64,000 nucleotides of DNA from Halarcobacter sp. (GTDB lineage Bacteria; Campylobacterota; Campylobacteria; Campylobacterales; Arcobacteraceae). The translations under genes were made by a program, and so were the position numbers. The DNA lies in NCBI GenBank assembly GCA_048571215.1, contig CP182352.1, positions 2,720,001-2,784,000 of the forward strand, written 5' to 3'. Numbering within the stretch: position 1 is the first letter of the stretch; every line of letters begins with the position of its first letter. This document shows, one piece after another, positions 10,887 through 23,394 of this stretch. The notes below the pieces were generated by a model. That model worked only from the letters and a program-made list of their open reading frames with translations, ran no database searches and was not told the origin of the DNA.

Positions 10887-11621
10887 TTATATTCCTTTTA
10901 CCTTTTTATAAAATATTTTATCATAATTTCTTAATTCATATTTTCCAATAATTTGAGATAAGATTTTAACATAATCGTGTCCAATTCCTGAATATTTATG
11001 CATTGTTGCACTTAGTTTTAAGCCATCAATAACTTTTTTATTTTTTCGCATCATTTCCCGCTTATCTCTAAATTCTTGATATGCACTTGTTCTATTTAAA
11101 TTATTCATATATGCGGATATCGAATCTTGAAGAGTTTTGAAAACTCTAATTAGATGTTGCTTACCCTCTATTCTTTTTAATGGTACTATTCCTATTTTAG
11201 GGTTATAAGTCCAATGTCCAAAAATATTATTTGCAACTTTTGTAAATCTACTTTTACCCCATGCACTCTCAACAGCCGCTTGTGCTATTGCTAGTGAAGG
11301 TGGTATGATATCTATTCTTTTTAGAAAAGTATCATAATCATAAATATCTTGGACTTTATATTTTTTTTGTAAATTGATTAATCTTTTATACTCTTTTGAA
11401 GATTCATCAAAATCTTTTTTACTCTTGATTGATAAAATAAATTGTCTCTCTTTTAAAATATTCATATTCTCAATTCTTACTTTATTAGCAAAATAATTAA
11501 AGAAATAACTCTTTGCAACTACACCTCTAAGTTTATAATACTCAGGAGGCATACCATTTTGTGCTTGTACAAAACCAATACTTAAAAATAAAACAAAAAA
11601 AAGTTTAAAAATCAACTTCAT
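10887..11621 (-). CDS. Glucosaminidase-domain (Bax-like) peptidoglycan hydrolase
   Basis: Signal peptide; [26 protein letters not shown] motif. Confidence 0.85.
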   Translation of the reverse strand: MKLIFKLFFVLFLSIGFVQAQNGMPPEYYKLRGVVAKSYFFNYFANKVRIENMNILKERQFILSIKSKKDFDESSKEYKRLINLQKKYKVQDIYDYDTFLKRIDIIPPSLAIAQAAVESAWGKSRFTKVANNIFGHWTYNPKIGIVPLKRIEGKQHLIRVFKTLQDSISAYMNNLNRTSAYQEFRDKREMMRKNKKVIDGLKLSATMHKYSGIGHDYVKILSQIIGKYELRNYDKIFYKKVKGI

Positions 11622-12358
11622 TTAAGAACAGCTGTAAATACCTCTTTTACAGCCCCTTTAAAAAATATTTTATCATCAACTTTAGATAATGTTAATTGCT
11701 CTTTACTTTTTGGATACACAAAACATCTATCTTCCACAAGACCTAAGTTATTTGCCCTTAGGAAACATGCAGCCATTCCTGTACCACAAGCCAAGGTTTC
11801 ACCCTCAACTCCCCTTTCATAGGTTCGTACATTGATAATACCATTTTCCACTTTTGCAAAATTTACATTTGCATTGTATTCATATCTCATTTTTGAGCAT
11901 AAATCATGGTCATATTTTTCTAAATCATCTACAATAGTAACCAAATGAGGAACCCCAGTATCTACTAAATGCCAAGTTAATCCCTCTTGGCTAAATTCAT
12001 CTTTTATAACTTTTGCTTCAGTAAGTTGTGTTGATACAATACTCTCTTCAACTTCTGATTCTATTATTCCAGCTCCTGTTAAAAACTTCATTTTAGAAGG
12101 TGCTAAGTGATTATTATAAGCATAATGGGCACAAGCTCGTGTACCATTTCCACACATAGCTGCATCGCTACCATCACTATTATAAAATAGCCACTCAAAA
12201 TCAGCATCATCACTTGGAATAATTACAATTAATCCATCAGCACCAATCCCCTCTGTTCTATTGCAAAGTTTAATTGCTTCTTTGGAATAATCTTTTTTTA
12301 CAAATGTATGAAAAATCACAAAATCATTTCCACTTGCACTATATTTTTTATAAGTCAT
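11618..12358 (-). CDS. dapF: Diaminopimelate epimerase
   Basis: GNDFVI, NSDGS..MCGNG, GVPH and ERGVEGETLACGTG motifs. Confidence 0.96.
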   Translation of the reverse strand: MTYKKYSASGNDFVIFHTFVKKDYSKEAIKLCNRTEGIGADGLIVIIPSDDADFEWLFYNSDGSDAAMCGNGTRACAHYAYNNHLAPSKMKFLTGAGIIESEVEESIVSTQLTEAKVIKDEFSQEGLTWHLVDTGVPHLVTIVDDLEKYDHDLCSKMRYEYNANVNFAKVENGIINVRTYERGVEGETLACGTGMAACFLRANNLGLVEDRCFVYPKSKEQLTLSKVDDKIFFKGAVKEVFTAVLK

Positions 12359-12945
12359 AAAACCTCCTTTATAACTCTTTCAACCTCTTTTTGTAGAGTT
12401 TTTAAATTTGTTGAATTATCAATAACAAAATCTGCTAAAGCTTTTTTCTCTTCTATATCCATTTGATTAGATATTTTTAATTTAGCTTCACTCTCATCTA
12501 TATTATCCCTTTGCATCAACCTCTTTATTTGTAACTCTTTTGGAGTATATACAACTAAAGATTTAGGTATTGGATAATGCATTTTCTCAAAAAATAGTGG
12601 AATATCTATGAAATAAGGTTTATTTTGCTTTTCAAATATTTCTGATTCTTTTATAATCTCTTGTTTTATCAAAGGATGAATAAAAGCCTCTAGTTTTAAT
12701 TTTTCCTCTTCATTAGAGAAAATAAGAGGTGCTAACTTCTTTCTTAGAACCTTTCCATCTTCTACATACTCTTCACCAAACATAGTAGCAATTTTACTAC
12801 TATACTTATCTAAAAGCATATGTGCAATTTTATCAGCATCTATAGTTAGAAATCCATGTAATTTAAATAAACTACAAACTGTACTTTTTCCTGTTGCTAT
12901 ACCACCTGTTAAGGCTATAGCATTTTTAAATAAATCATTACTCAT
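12355..12945 (-). CDS. coaE: Dephospho-CoA kinase
   Basis: ALTGGIATGKSTV P-loop, IDADKIAH, IHPLI and DIPLFFE. Confidence 0.95.
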   Translation of the reverse strand: MSNDLFKNAIALTGGIATGKSTVCSLFKLHGFLTIDADKIAHMLLDKYSSKIATMFGEEYVEDGKVLRKKLAPLIFSNEEEKLKLEAFIHPLIKQEIIKESEIFEKQNKPYFIDIPLFFEKMHYPIPKSLVVYTPKELQIKRLMQRDNIDESEAKLKISNQMDIEEKKALADFVIDNSTNLKTLQKEVERVIKEVL

Positions 12946-13000
12946 AGTAAATATTTTACTATAAGAATGATTTAATTTTGATTATTTAATTATAAAATAG

Positions 13001-13543
13001 TTATCTTTTTGCAATACCAGTTAAAGCTCTGTGTTGTGCTGCAGGAAATACAAATGAAGCGTGGTGAATCTCAGTAGAGTAATATTCTAAATCATTCAAT
13101 AAGTCAGATCTTTGTAAGATAATATCTGCTGTTGGATGATATTTTTTTGAAGCTAAAATTGCAGTATTGTGTCCAAATCTATAAGGCATAACTATCCAAA
13201 AGTTTTTGCCAACAAGCTCTAAATCAGCTTTTAATTTTTCTTGATCATTGTGAAAGCTCTCTGTAGAAAAAGCAATTACCCCATCATCTTTTAAAACTCT
13301 TTGAATATTTGCTAAAATCATATCATCTAGATTTCCATCAGTAAAAATTATTACATCTATGTTTTTTTCATTTTTTGAAGTTAAAATAGAGATATCTCCA
13401 AACTCTATATTTCCAGTATGCTTAGAAGCTTGTTCTTTAATTCCATCAGTTATATTTCCCACGATTAAAACATTTTGTGCTTCTTTGTGTGTACATAAAG
13501 GAGTATGTACAATCATCTCATTAAATGCTTGGTTTTCACTCAT
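13001..13543 (-). CDS. speE: Short, degenerate spermidine synthase-like protein
   Basis: EMIVHTPLCTH, ASKKYHP and YYSTEIHHASFVFP match the SpeE family. It lies next to coaE as in other Campylobacterota and lacks the glycine-rich motif. Confidence 0.65.
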   Translation of the reverse strand: MSENQAFNEMIVHTPLCTHKEAQNVLIVGNITDGIKEQASKHTGNIEFGDISILTSKNEKNIDVIIFTDGNLDDMILANIQRVLKDDGVIAFSTESFHNDQEKLKADLELVGKNFWIVMPYRFGHNTAILASKKYHPTADIILQRSDLLNDLEYYSTEIHHASFVFPAAQHRALTGIAKR

Positions 13544-13705
13544 TTATACTAGTCCTTACTTTTTAATAAATTTTCGATATAATACCAAAAAAATTTTAAA
13601 TAACACTAGTTTATAAAAAGGTGTAGATTTTTTACAGCTATATTTAATAGTCGTATCATAAAGTATCACTTTTTTATGCAAAAGCAATAATATAGAAGGA
13701 AAAGA

Positions 13706-14701
13706 ATGTCAACAGTTAGTTATAAGGATGCTGGAGTAGATATTGATGCTGGTAACCAATTTGTAGAAAATATTAAACCATATGTTAAATCTACTCTAAT
13801 CCCTGGAGTATTAGGTGGAATTGGTTCATTTGCAGGTGCATTTGAACTTCCAAGTGGTTACAAGAAACCAGTATTACTATCAGGAACTGACGGAGTTGGT
13901 ACAAAACTAAAACTTGCAATTGATTCAAAAAAATTTGATACAGTTGGTATAGATTTAGTGGCAATGTGTACAAATGATTTATTATGTAATTTTGGAGAAC
14001 CTTTATTTTTCCTTGATTATTATGCAACAGCAAAACTTGAAGTAGATGAAGCTACTGATGTGGTAAAAGGTATAGCTGAGGGTTGTATTAGAAGTGAATG
14101 TGCACTTGTTGGTGGTGAAACGGCTGAGATGCCAGGTATGTACAAAGAGGGGGATTTTGATTTAGCTGGTTTTTGTGTTGGTATTGCAGAAAAAGATGAG
14201 TTAAATAGAATTGATAAAATCAGTGCAGGTGATACTTTAATAGCACTACCAAGTTCTGGAATCCACTCAAATGGATTTAGCTTAGTAAGAAAACTTCTTT
14301 TAGAAAAACTTGGTATGACATTAGAAGATGATTTTGATGGGAAAATCCTAAAAGATGTTCTTTTAGAACCAACAAGAATCTATGTAAAAGAGTTCAAAGC
14401 AAATAAAGATAAAATCAATGCCTTAGCTCATATTACAGGTGGTGGTATCACTGAAAATTTACCAAGAGTACTTCCTGATAACTTAAAAGCAATTGTAGAT
14501 AGAAGTAAAATAAAAGTTCTACCAATATTTGAATTTATGTCTCAATTTGTAGAAGTTGAAGAGATGTATAGAACTTTTAATATGGGTGTTGGTATGGTTT
14601 TAGTTGTAAATCCTGCAAATGTAGATGCTATTTTAGCTAATACTGATGGTTATGTTATTGGAGAAATTGCTGAGGGTGAGAAGGGTGTAGAGTTTATATA
14701 A
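13706..14701 (+). CDS. purM: Phosphoribosylformylglycinamidine cyclo-ligase
   Basis: YKDAGVDI, TDGVGTKL, GGETAEMPG, HSNGFSL and HITGGG motifs. Confidence 0.97.
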   Translation: MSTVSYKDAGVDIDAGNQFVENIKPYVKSTLIPGVLGGIGSFAGAFELPSGYKKPVLLSGTDGVGTKLKLAIDSKKFDTVGIDLVAMCTNDLLCNFGEPLFFLDYYATAKLEVDEATDVVKGIAEGCIRSECALVGGETAEMPGMYKEGDFDLAGFCVGIAEKDELNRIDKISAGDTLIALPSSGIHSNGFSLVRKLLLEKLGMTLEDDFDGKILKDVLLEPTRIYVKEFKANKDKINALAHITGGGITENLPRVLPDNLKAIVDRSKIKVLPIFEFMSQFVEVEEMYRTFNMGVGMVLVVNPANVDAILANTDGYVIGEIAEGEKGVEFI

Positions 14702-14723
14702 AATTTTACTAAAAAAATTAATT

Positions 14724-14756
14724 AAAAGGTAAGTTCTTAAGAACTTGCCTTTTTTT
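14724..14756. terminator. Bidirectional intrinsic terminator between purM and pirin gene
   Basis: AAAAGGTAAGTTCT-TA-AGAACTTGCCTTTT with A/T tails, between convergent genes. Confidence 0.8.
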
Positions 14757-15459
14757 ATACCTCTTCCATCTCAATAAATAAAAAATGGGAATTTGTAAGG
14801 GCATTTATCGTTAATTTTTCCTCTTTTGTTATCTCTGCTGCATCACCACTTTTTAACTCAATCCCATTTACACTTGAACTACCTTCAATTTGTGCAAAAT
14901 ATACTTGTCTTTGTTTTTTTATTTCAAAATCTAAACTTTTAGATTGATCTAATTGGCTAACATAAAAGTTAACATCTTGATAGATTTTAATTTTTGCATC
15001 CCCTTCTTGTGATGATACAATATTTAAAATTTTATTTTTTCTTTCATCTTCTGTAAATCTATGTGAACCATAAAGTCTTGGCAAGCCTGCCTTTGGGGGT
15101 ATAATCCAAATTTGAAGGAGTCTTAAATCTTTGCTTTCATGCAAATTATGTTCACTGTGATAGATACCATCACCTGCACTTAAGTATTGAACCTCACCTC
15201 TTTTTAAAGTTTCACTGTTTCCCATAGAATCTTTATGAGTTATTTCACCATCAATAACATATGAAACAATTTCCATATTTGCATGGGAGTGAGTATCAAA
15301 ACCTGAGTTTGGATGGATAATATCATCATTTAAAACCCTTAATACTCCAAAATTTATATTATCATGATTTATATACTCTGCAAAAGAGAAGTGAAACCTA
15401 CTTTCTAACCAACCAAGATTAGATTTACCCATATTGTTTTTATCTAATTTTTTTACCAT
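14755..15459 (-). CDS. Pirin family protein (YhhW-like quercetinase)
   Basis: GWLESRFHFSFAEY, GFDTHSHANMEI, HKDSMGN, HSEHN and LQIWI. Start placed at ATG 15459, which has an upstream AGGA. Confidence 0.92.
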   Translation of the reverse strand: MVKKLDKNNMGKSNLGWLESRFHFSFAEYINHDNINFGVLRVLNDDIIHPNSGFDTHSHANMEIVSYVIDGEITHKDSMGNSETLKRGEVQYLSAGDGIYHSEHNLHESKDLRLLQIWIIPPKAGLPRLYGSHRFTEDERKNKILNIVSSQEGDAKIKIYQDVNFYVSQLDQSKSLDFEIKKQRQVYFAQIEGSSSVNGIELKSGDAAEITKEEKLTINALTNSHFLFIEMEEV

Positions 15460-15461
15460 TT

Positions 15462-15965
15462 TCAATCCTTTAATAATTGAACATATTGTTTTAAAATCCT
15501 TTTTGAACTATCTTTTCTTAGTTGTTTTTCATATGTTGTTATTATTTCCCTTGGCATAACAATAGCACCCAATCTTGTAAACTGTATTCTCATCGCATTT
15601 ATACCATCACAACCATTGCTTCCAGAATGTGTTGCAAGTTGTATTTTTTTCATACTAAATAAGCTTCTAAAGTCATCCCCTATTCTTGATATCCAAGCTA
15701 TCATATTTACTAAAACAGGAGCCAAAGAAAAATTATACTCGGGTGATACAAAAATATACCCATCAACTTTTTTCATTTTTTCTGTTAAATCTAAAGCTTT
15801 TTTTGGTATTCCATCATTTTGCTCTTTTAAACTATCATACATAGGTAGCTCTAAATCAACTAAATTTATTATTTCACTTTTTACATTTTCTTCATCTAAT
15901 TGTTCTTGCAAAATATTTGCAAGTTTCATATTTTCGTTTAAACTTGATACAAATATAAGTATCAT
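15462..15965 (-). CDS. NAD(P)H-dependent FMN reductase
   Basis: Flavodoxin-like fold; DGYIFVSPEYNFS motif. Confidence 0.88.
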   Translation of the reverse strand: MILIFVSSLNENMKLANILQEQLDEENVKSEIINLVDLELPMYDSLKEQNDGIPKKALDLTEKMKKVDGYIFVSPEYNFSLAPVLVNMIAWISRIGDDFRSLFSMKKIQLATHSGSNGCDGINAMRIQFTRLGAIVMPREIITTYEKQLRKDSSKRILKQYVQLLKD

Positions 15966-15967
15966 AA

Positions 15968-16741
15968 CTACTCCTTAAATATTATTGTATCCATTGACTG
16001 GTTACTATACATATACACATCATTCAAAGATTTTCCAACCTTAGTTTTAGATGCACCTAAACTTACAAACAAAGGTAAGAAATGCTCCAATGTCGGATGA
16101 TTTTGTACAAGATATGGAGCTTTTTTTCTATAATCTATTAGAGAATTTATATCTGCACTTTCTAACTTTTCAACTATCCAATTTCTAAACTCTTTTGCAT
16201 AGGGTTTTACAAAACTATTATTATCCCAGTTTGAATCCCTAAGATTATGTGTCATAGTTCCACTAGATATAATTAGAGTATCATTTTTTAATTTTCCTAA
16301 AATCTCTCCCAGTCTAACTAATTCTTTTGAATCATAATTTACACTTAAAGATATTTGCAAAACAGGTATATCTGCATCTGGATACATTAGTTTTAAAATA
16401 GTCCAAACTCCATGATCATAGCCACCTCTCGTTTTGTCTTTTAAAATATCTATATTATTCTCTTTAAGCAACTCTACTATTTCATCACTTTTACTTTTAC
16501 TACTTTTTGCTTCATAAGTTTGTTCATATAACTCTTTTGGGAAATTATAAAAATCATAAATTGTATAAGGTTTATCTTCATATAAAATCTTTAAGCCATT
16601 AGTTACCCAATGGGCAGATATTACCAAGATATATTTAGGTTTTTCAAATGTTGAGGGTAATTTTTTCAAAAATTCAGTAGTCCCATTATTCATCATTATC
16701 AAAGCAGGACTACCATGTGAAATAAATAAACTTGGTAACAT
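15968..16741 (-). CDS. Class III extradiol ring-cleavage dioxygenase (DODA/YgiD-like)
   Basis: PSLFISHGSP, ISAHW, DHGVW, SSGTMTHNL and HPTLEHFLPL. Start placed at ATG 16741, downstream of AAGGA. Confidence 0.92.
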   Translation of the reverse strand: MLPSLFISHGSPALIMMNNGTTEFLKKLPSTFEKPKYILVISAHWVTNGLKILYEDKPYTIYDFYNFPKELYEQTYEAKSSKSKSDEIVELLKENNIDILKDKTRGGYDHGVWTILKLMYPDADIPVLQISLSVNYDSKELVRLGEILGKLKNDTLIISSGTMTHNLRDSNWDNNSFVKPYAKEFRNWIVEKLESADINSLIDYRKKAPYLVQNHPTLEHFLPLFVSLGASKTKVGKSLNDVYMYSNQSMDTIIFKE

Positions 16742-16810
16742 TAAGATTCCTTTTAAGTGTCCCACTTAAAAGGGACCTTTCTTTCTTCTTTCTCTTCTTT
16801 TTAGCTAAGC

Positions 16811-17407
16811 TTATTTAGCCAAAATTCCCTCTAAAGTTACATCGATTTTTACATCTTCACCAACAACAACGCCACCTGTTTCAATAACCTTGTTCCAATT
16901 TACACCATAATCTTTTCTATTAATTTTTCCACTAATCTCTAATCCAACTCTTTTATTTCCCCAAGGGTCAGTAATAGCACCTGTTTTTTCAATATCAAAA
17001 GCAACATCTTTAGTTACCCCTCTCATTGTAAATTTACCATAAGCTTTTCCATCTTCTATCTTATTTACAACAAATAAAATATTTGGATATTTTTCTGCAT
17101 TAAAAAAGTCTGCTGATTTTAAATGTCCATCCCTTTTTGCATTTTCAGTATTTATAGAAGCTACTTCAACAACACCATTTATACTTTGTAGTTTTCCAGT
17201 TTTTTCATCATATTCAAATGAACCACTAAATTTATCAAATTTACCTCTAACACTTGAAATCATCATATGTTTTACTTTAAAACCTATATTTGAATGAGAC
17301 GCATCAACTTTATATGTTCCTGCATACAAAGCACCCACTGTTAAACCTATAACTAAACCTAACTTTACCACTTTACTCATAAATGAAACTGCACTATTCT
17401 TTACCAT
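16811..17407 (-). CDS. YceI family periplasmic polyisoprenoid-binding protein
   Basis: Signal peptide; YKVDASHSNIGFKVKHMMIS, RDGHLKSADFF and DPWGNKR. Confidence 0.93.
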   Translation of the reverse strand: MVKNSAVSFMSKVVKLGLVIGLTVGALYAGTYKVDASHSNIGFKVKHMMISSVRGKFDKFSGSFEYDEKTGKLQSINGVVEVASINTENAKRDGHLKSADFFNAEKYPNILFVVNKIEDGKAYGKFTMRGVTKDVAFDIEKTGAITDPWGNKRVGLEISGKINRKDYGVNWNKVIETGGVVVGEDVKIDVTLEGILAK

Positions 17408-17446
17408 TTTCCGTCCTTTTTTATTTAAATTTGATGATTATTAAAA

Positions 17447-17899
17447 TCATTGTGATTTATGTAATTTCCTTAATAAATCATACAAGGTTTCTATTTCCTC
17501 TTTTGATAAAGCTTTAAAATGCTCTTCAAAATTTTTCGCATGATTTGGAAACAACTCTTCAATTATCTTTTTTCCCTTTGAAGTGATAGATAATATTGAT
17601 GCTCTTTTATCTTTTTGATCTGCTGAAGCACAAATAAGACCATCCCTTTTTAAATTTCGCACAACAACTGTAATATTACCCGGAGTACTCATAGTTAACT
17701 TAGTAATTGCTCCAATATTAAGATCTCCCCTATGATACAAAACTTCTAAAACCTGAAATTGAATCATAGTAAGATTAAAACCTAATATATATTGGGTCTC
17801 TTTAGTTCTTATTTTAGTATATGCCCTAAAAAGTTGTACCCAAGTTTGCATAGATAAATCACTTAGTTCTCCATAGCTTTTAACTTTTTCTAGTTTCAT
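17447..17899 (-). CDS. MarR family transcriptional regulator (MhqR-like)
   Basis: LTMIQFQVLEVLYHRG, GNITVVVRNL and DKRA..IT..G winged helix. Confidence 0.9.
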   Translation of the reverse strand: MKLEKVKSYGELSDLSMQTWVQLFRAYTKIRTKETQYILGFNLTMIQFQVLEVLYHRGDLNIGAITKLTMSTPGNITVVVRNLKRDGLICASADQKDKRASILSITSKGKKIIEELFPNHAKNFEEHFKALSKEEIETLYDLLRKLHKSQ

Positions 17900-17916
17900 A
17901 TTTAACTCCTAATGAA

Positions 17917-17977
17917 AGTATAGTACTAATTAGTACTAATTGTCAAGGGCTAAATCAAAAAATATTACTAATTAGTA
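17917..17977 (-). promoter_or_regulatory. Sigma70 promoter with palindromic operators upstream of marR
   Basis: Minus strand TTGACA (17946-17941), N18, TATACT (17922-17917). Perfect palindrome TAGTACTAATTAGTACTA at 17921-17938 and a second core TACTAATTAGTA at 17966-17977. Confidence 0.7.
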
Positions 17978-18064
17978 TCATATTTTCTCAAAAAAACCAG
18001 TTTTTATGGTAATTAAAAAATTTATAAATTTTTTTGAAATTTGTTTTAAGGAGTGGTTTTAGAG

Positions 18065-18093
18065 ATAAAAGGGTAGAGAAACTACCCTTTTAT
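18065..18093 (-). terminator. Intrinsic terminator downstream of Lys/Ala-rich small gene
   Basis: ATAAAAGGGTAG-AGAAA-CTACCCTTTTAT inverted repeat. Confidence 0.75.
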
Positions 18094-18099
18094 TTTAAA

Positions 18100-18288
18100 T
18101 TATGCAGCTTTTTTTGCAGCTTTTTTTGCAGCAGCTTTAGCTTTTTTTGGTTTAGTTAATTTTAGTTTAGAAACTTTTTTTGCAACTTTTTTTGCAACTT
18201 TTTTTACATCACTTTTTTTCTTTGCAACTTTTTTTGCAGCTTTAGTAGCTATCTTTTCAACTTTTTTATCTTTTAATGCTTTTGCCAT
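18100..18288 (-). CDS. Small Lys/Ala-rich histone H1-like basic protein
   Basis: 62 aa with KKVA/AAKK repeats, SD AAGGAG upstream of the ATG and a terminator directly downstream. Confidence 0.75.
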   Translation of the reverse strand: MAKALKDKKVEKIATKAAKKVAKKKSDVKKVAKKVAKKVSKLKLTKPKKAKAAAKKAAKKAA

Positions 18289-18471
18289 ATTGGCTCCTTT
18301 TTTATTATAGTATAAATCTATTACATATTGTAAATAGTAATATATTATAGAGAATTATAGTTGAATAAATAATTTTTGTCAAGTATATTTATTTGAAATT
18401 TTATTTAACCATTTAATAAACTAAATTTAGATACTATATCCCGTTTTACTAAAAGGTTATAAGGAATTAAT

Positions 18472-19580
18472 ATGTTATTGACACCAGGACCAACACCTGT
18501 ACCAGAGTTTGTTAGAAAAGCTATGGCCGATGTAACTATTCATCATAGAACTCCTGAATTTGAAAAAATTTTTGAAGAAACTAGAGAACTATTATTTGAA
18601 CTTTATGGAATGGATGAAGTTATAATGTTAGCATCAAGTGGTTCAGGGGCTATGGAAGCATGTGTTACAAATCTTACAATTAAAAAGGCACTAACAATAA
18701 ACTCAGGAAAGTTTGGTGAAAGATTTGGAAAAATTTGCAAAGCGTTTAATATTGATTATCATGAAATAAAAAATGAATGGAACACTCCTGTAAGTGTAGA
18801 AGATATTTTAGAAGTAATAAAAAATGATAGTGATATAGATGCAATTTTTATCCAAATTTGTGAGAGTGCTGGAGGTCTAAGACACCCAGTTGAAAAGATT
18901 GCACAAGAGGTTAAAAAACTAAATAAAGATATTACAATAGTTGCAGATGGAATTACAGCAATTGGTGTTGAGAAAATAGATACTACAAATTTAGATGCTG
19001 TTATAACAGGAAGTCAAAAAGCACTAATGTTACCTCCTGGTCTTGCAATGATAGGTTTAAGTAATAAAGCAGTTGCAAAAATAGAAGAGAACCAAAAAGG
19101 TTTTTATTTTAATTTAGCAACAGAAATAAAAAAACAAAAAACAAATACAACAGCATGGACAGCAGCAACTACGCTAATCATAGGTTTAAAAGAGATATTA
19201 TCTCATATCAAACAAAATGGTGGATTAGAGAGTTTATATAAAAATACAGCTGCTAGAGCAAATGCAAGTAGAGAAGCTTTAAAAGCAATTGGGTGTGAGA
19301 TATATCCAAAATCTCCAGCAAATGCAATGACAACTGTTTATACTGAACATGCACCAGCAATAAGAAAAATTTTAAAAACAAAATATAATGTAAATATTGC
19401 AGGTGGACAAGACCATATAAAAGCACTTATTTTTAGAATCAATCATATGGGACTGGTTGAAGACTTTGAAGCTTCATGGGTTATAAATGCCGTAGAGCTT
19501 GCGATGGATGAATTGGGTTTAAGAGAGTTTGATGGTACAGCAAATAAAGTTTTTTTACAAAACTTATTTAAAGGAAACTA

Positions 19581-19581
<1 letters not shown>
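18472..19581 (+). CDS. Class V PLP-dependent aminotransferase (alanine-glyoxylate/serine-pyruvate family)
   Basis: LLTPGPTPVP, HHRTPEF, GSQKALMLPPGL (PLP lysine) and FRINHMG. Confidence 0.92.
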
Positions 19582-21682
<2,101 letters not shown>

Positions 21683-21686
21683 GCCA

Positions 21687-22238
21687 ATGAGAATGAAATT
21701 ACACCATACACCATATATTGCAAGAAGAGTTTCAAGAGATTTGGTAACCTGCGAATTCGTTGAAATTAGAAAAACGAAAGATGAGATTACTGATGAGATT
21801 GAAAAGATTTTAGATATAGATATTGAAAATGAACATGATTTAGATGAAAAAGTTGGAGAGATTTTAGAGTCTCAAGAAGAAAACATAGAGTTTTACAATG
21901 CTGATTATAGACAATTATTTTGGCTAACTAAAAAAAGGTTGGCAAACGATTTTGGTGTTATTTTAAACAATGAAGATAGATTTTCAGATATAGCACATAA
22001 AATTTTAGACTATCTTTGGGAAGAGGATTATATCCATTATACTTGTTCAGATAATCAAGTAAAAAATGTGATTTTTTCTTCAATTGATGAGTTTTTAAAA
22101 GGTTTTGAAGATGCAGATAACGAAGTTATGGAAAAAATTAAACACTACAAAAGAAGATTAATACCAGGAACTGAGGAGTATGATATTGTATATCATAGAT
22201 TATACGAAGAAGAACTAATAAAAAGAGGATTGATGTAA
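21687..22238 (+). CDS. DUF507 family protein
   Basis: Acidic helical protein with C-terminal IPGTEEYDIVYHRLYEEELIKRG, in its usual position between purA and carA. Confidence 0.75.
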   Translation: MRMKLHHTPYIARRVSRDLVTCEFVEIRKTKDEITDEIEKILDIDIENEHDLDEKVGEILESQEENIEFYNADYRQLFWLTKKRLANDFGVILNNEDRFSDIAHKILDYLWEEDYIHYTCSDNQVKNVIFSSIDEFLKGFEDADNEVMEKIKHYKRRLIPGTEEYDIVYHRLYEEELIKRGLM

Positions 22239-22239
22239 T

Positions 22240-23364
22240 ATGCAAAAAGCATGGATTTATTTAGAAAATGGAACTTTTTTAGAGGCTAATTCTTTTGGTG
22301 CAACTGGAACATCAGTTGGAGAAATAGTATTTAATACTTCATTAACAGGTTATCAAGAGATAATCACAGATCCAAGTTATGCTGGACAATTTGTAACATT
22401 TACAATGCCAGAGATTGGAAATGTTGGTGTAAATGAAAATGACATGGAAAGTTCTACTGCTCATTGTAAAGGTGTATTAGTTAGAAATTACCATCATGAA
22501 TACTCAAATTTTAGAGCACAAGGTGATTTAGACTCACATTTAAAAGAGCATAATGTATTAGGTATTTGTAATATTGATACAAGATATCTAACAAAAATGC
22601 TAAGGGATGAAGGGGCTATGATGATGATAGCTTCAACAGAAATAAATGATAAAGATGAATTAGCTAAAAAACTAGCAGAATCTCCTAGAATCGAAGATAT
22701 CAACTATATCAAAGAGGTATCTACAAAAGAGTCTTATATCCATAAATTTGGAGCATGGAACCATGATAATTTAGCTTACAATAAAGCAGTAATGAGTGAT
22801 AAAAAAATCGTAGTAATCGATTTTGGTGTAAAAAGAAATATCTTAAATGAGTTAGTTGAATCTGGACTTGAAGTGGAAGTTATCCCTTCAACATTCCAAG
22901 CAGAAGATTTAATAGCAAGATTTGAAGCAGGTGAGATTGGTGGTGTTTTCTTATCAAATGGACCAGGTGACCCGCTAACACTTACAGAAGAGAAAGCACA
23001 AGTTCAAAAACTATTAGATAAAAACATCCCAATGTTCGCAATTTGTCTAGGGCACCAAATGTTATCAATAGCTCATGGTTATGATACATATAAACTAAAA
23101 TTTGGACAACATGGTGGAAACCATCCAGTAGCAAATCCAGAAACAAAAGTTGTAGAGATAACAGCACAAAATCATAACTATAATGTTCCAGATAATATTA
23201 TTGAAATAGCAGAAGTAACTCATATGAATCTATTTGATAATACTATTGAGGGTGTAAAGTATAAAGATAAACCAATTTTTTCAGTACAACATCACCCAGA
23301 AGCTAGTCCTGGACCACATGAGAGTAAATATATTTTTAAACAGTTTGCAGAAATAGTGAAATAA
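22240..23364 (+). CDS. carA: Carbamoyl-phosphate synthase small subunit
   Basis: GEIVFNTSLTGYQE..TDPSY, LSNGPGDP, ICLGHQ and QHHPEASPGP. Confidence 0.97.
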   Translation: MQKAWIYLENGTFLEANSFGATGTSVGEIVFNTSLTGYQEIITDPSYAGQFVTFTMPEIGNVGVNENDMESSTAHCKGVLVRNYHHEYSNFRAQGDLDSHLKEHNVLGICNIDTRYLTKMLRDEGAMMMIASTEINDKDELAKKLAESPRIEDINYIKEVSTKESYIHKFGAWNHDNLAYNKAVMSDKKIVVIDFGVKRNILNELVESGLEVEVIPSTFQAEDLIARFEAGEIGGVFLSNGPGDPLTLTEEKAQVQKLLDKNIPMFAICLGHQMLSIAHGYDTYKLKFGQHGGNHPVANPETKVVEITAQNHNYNVPDNIIEIAEVTHMNLFDNTIEGVKYKDKPIFSVQHHPEASPGPHESKYIFKQFAEIVK

Positions 23365-23394
23365 TTAAAGTAAAGGAAAATCCTTTACTTTAAT
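23364..23394. terminator. Bidirectional terminator between carA and lipoprotein gene
   Basis: ATTAAAGTAAAGGA-AAA-TCCTTTACTTTAAT perfect 14-bp stem between convergent genes. Confidence 0.75.
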
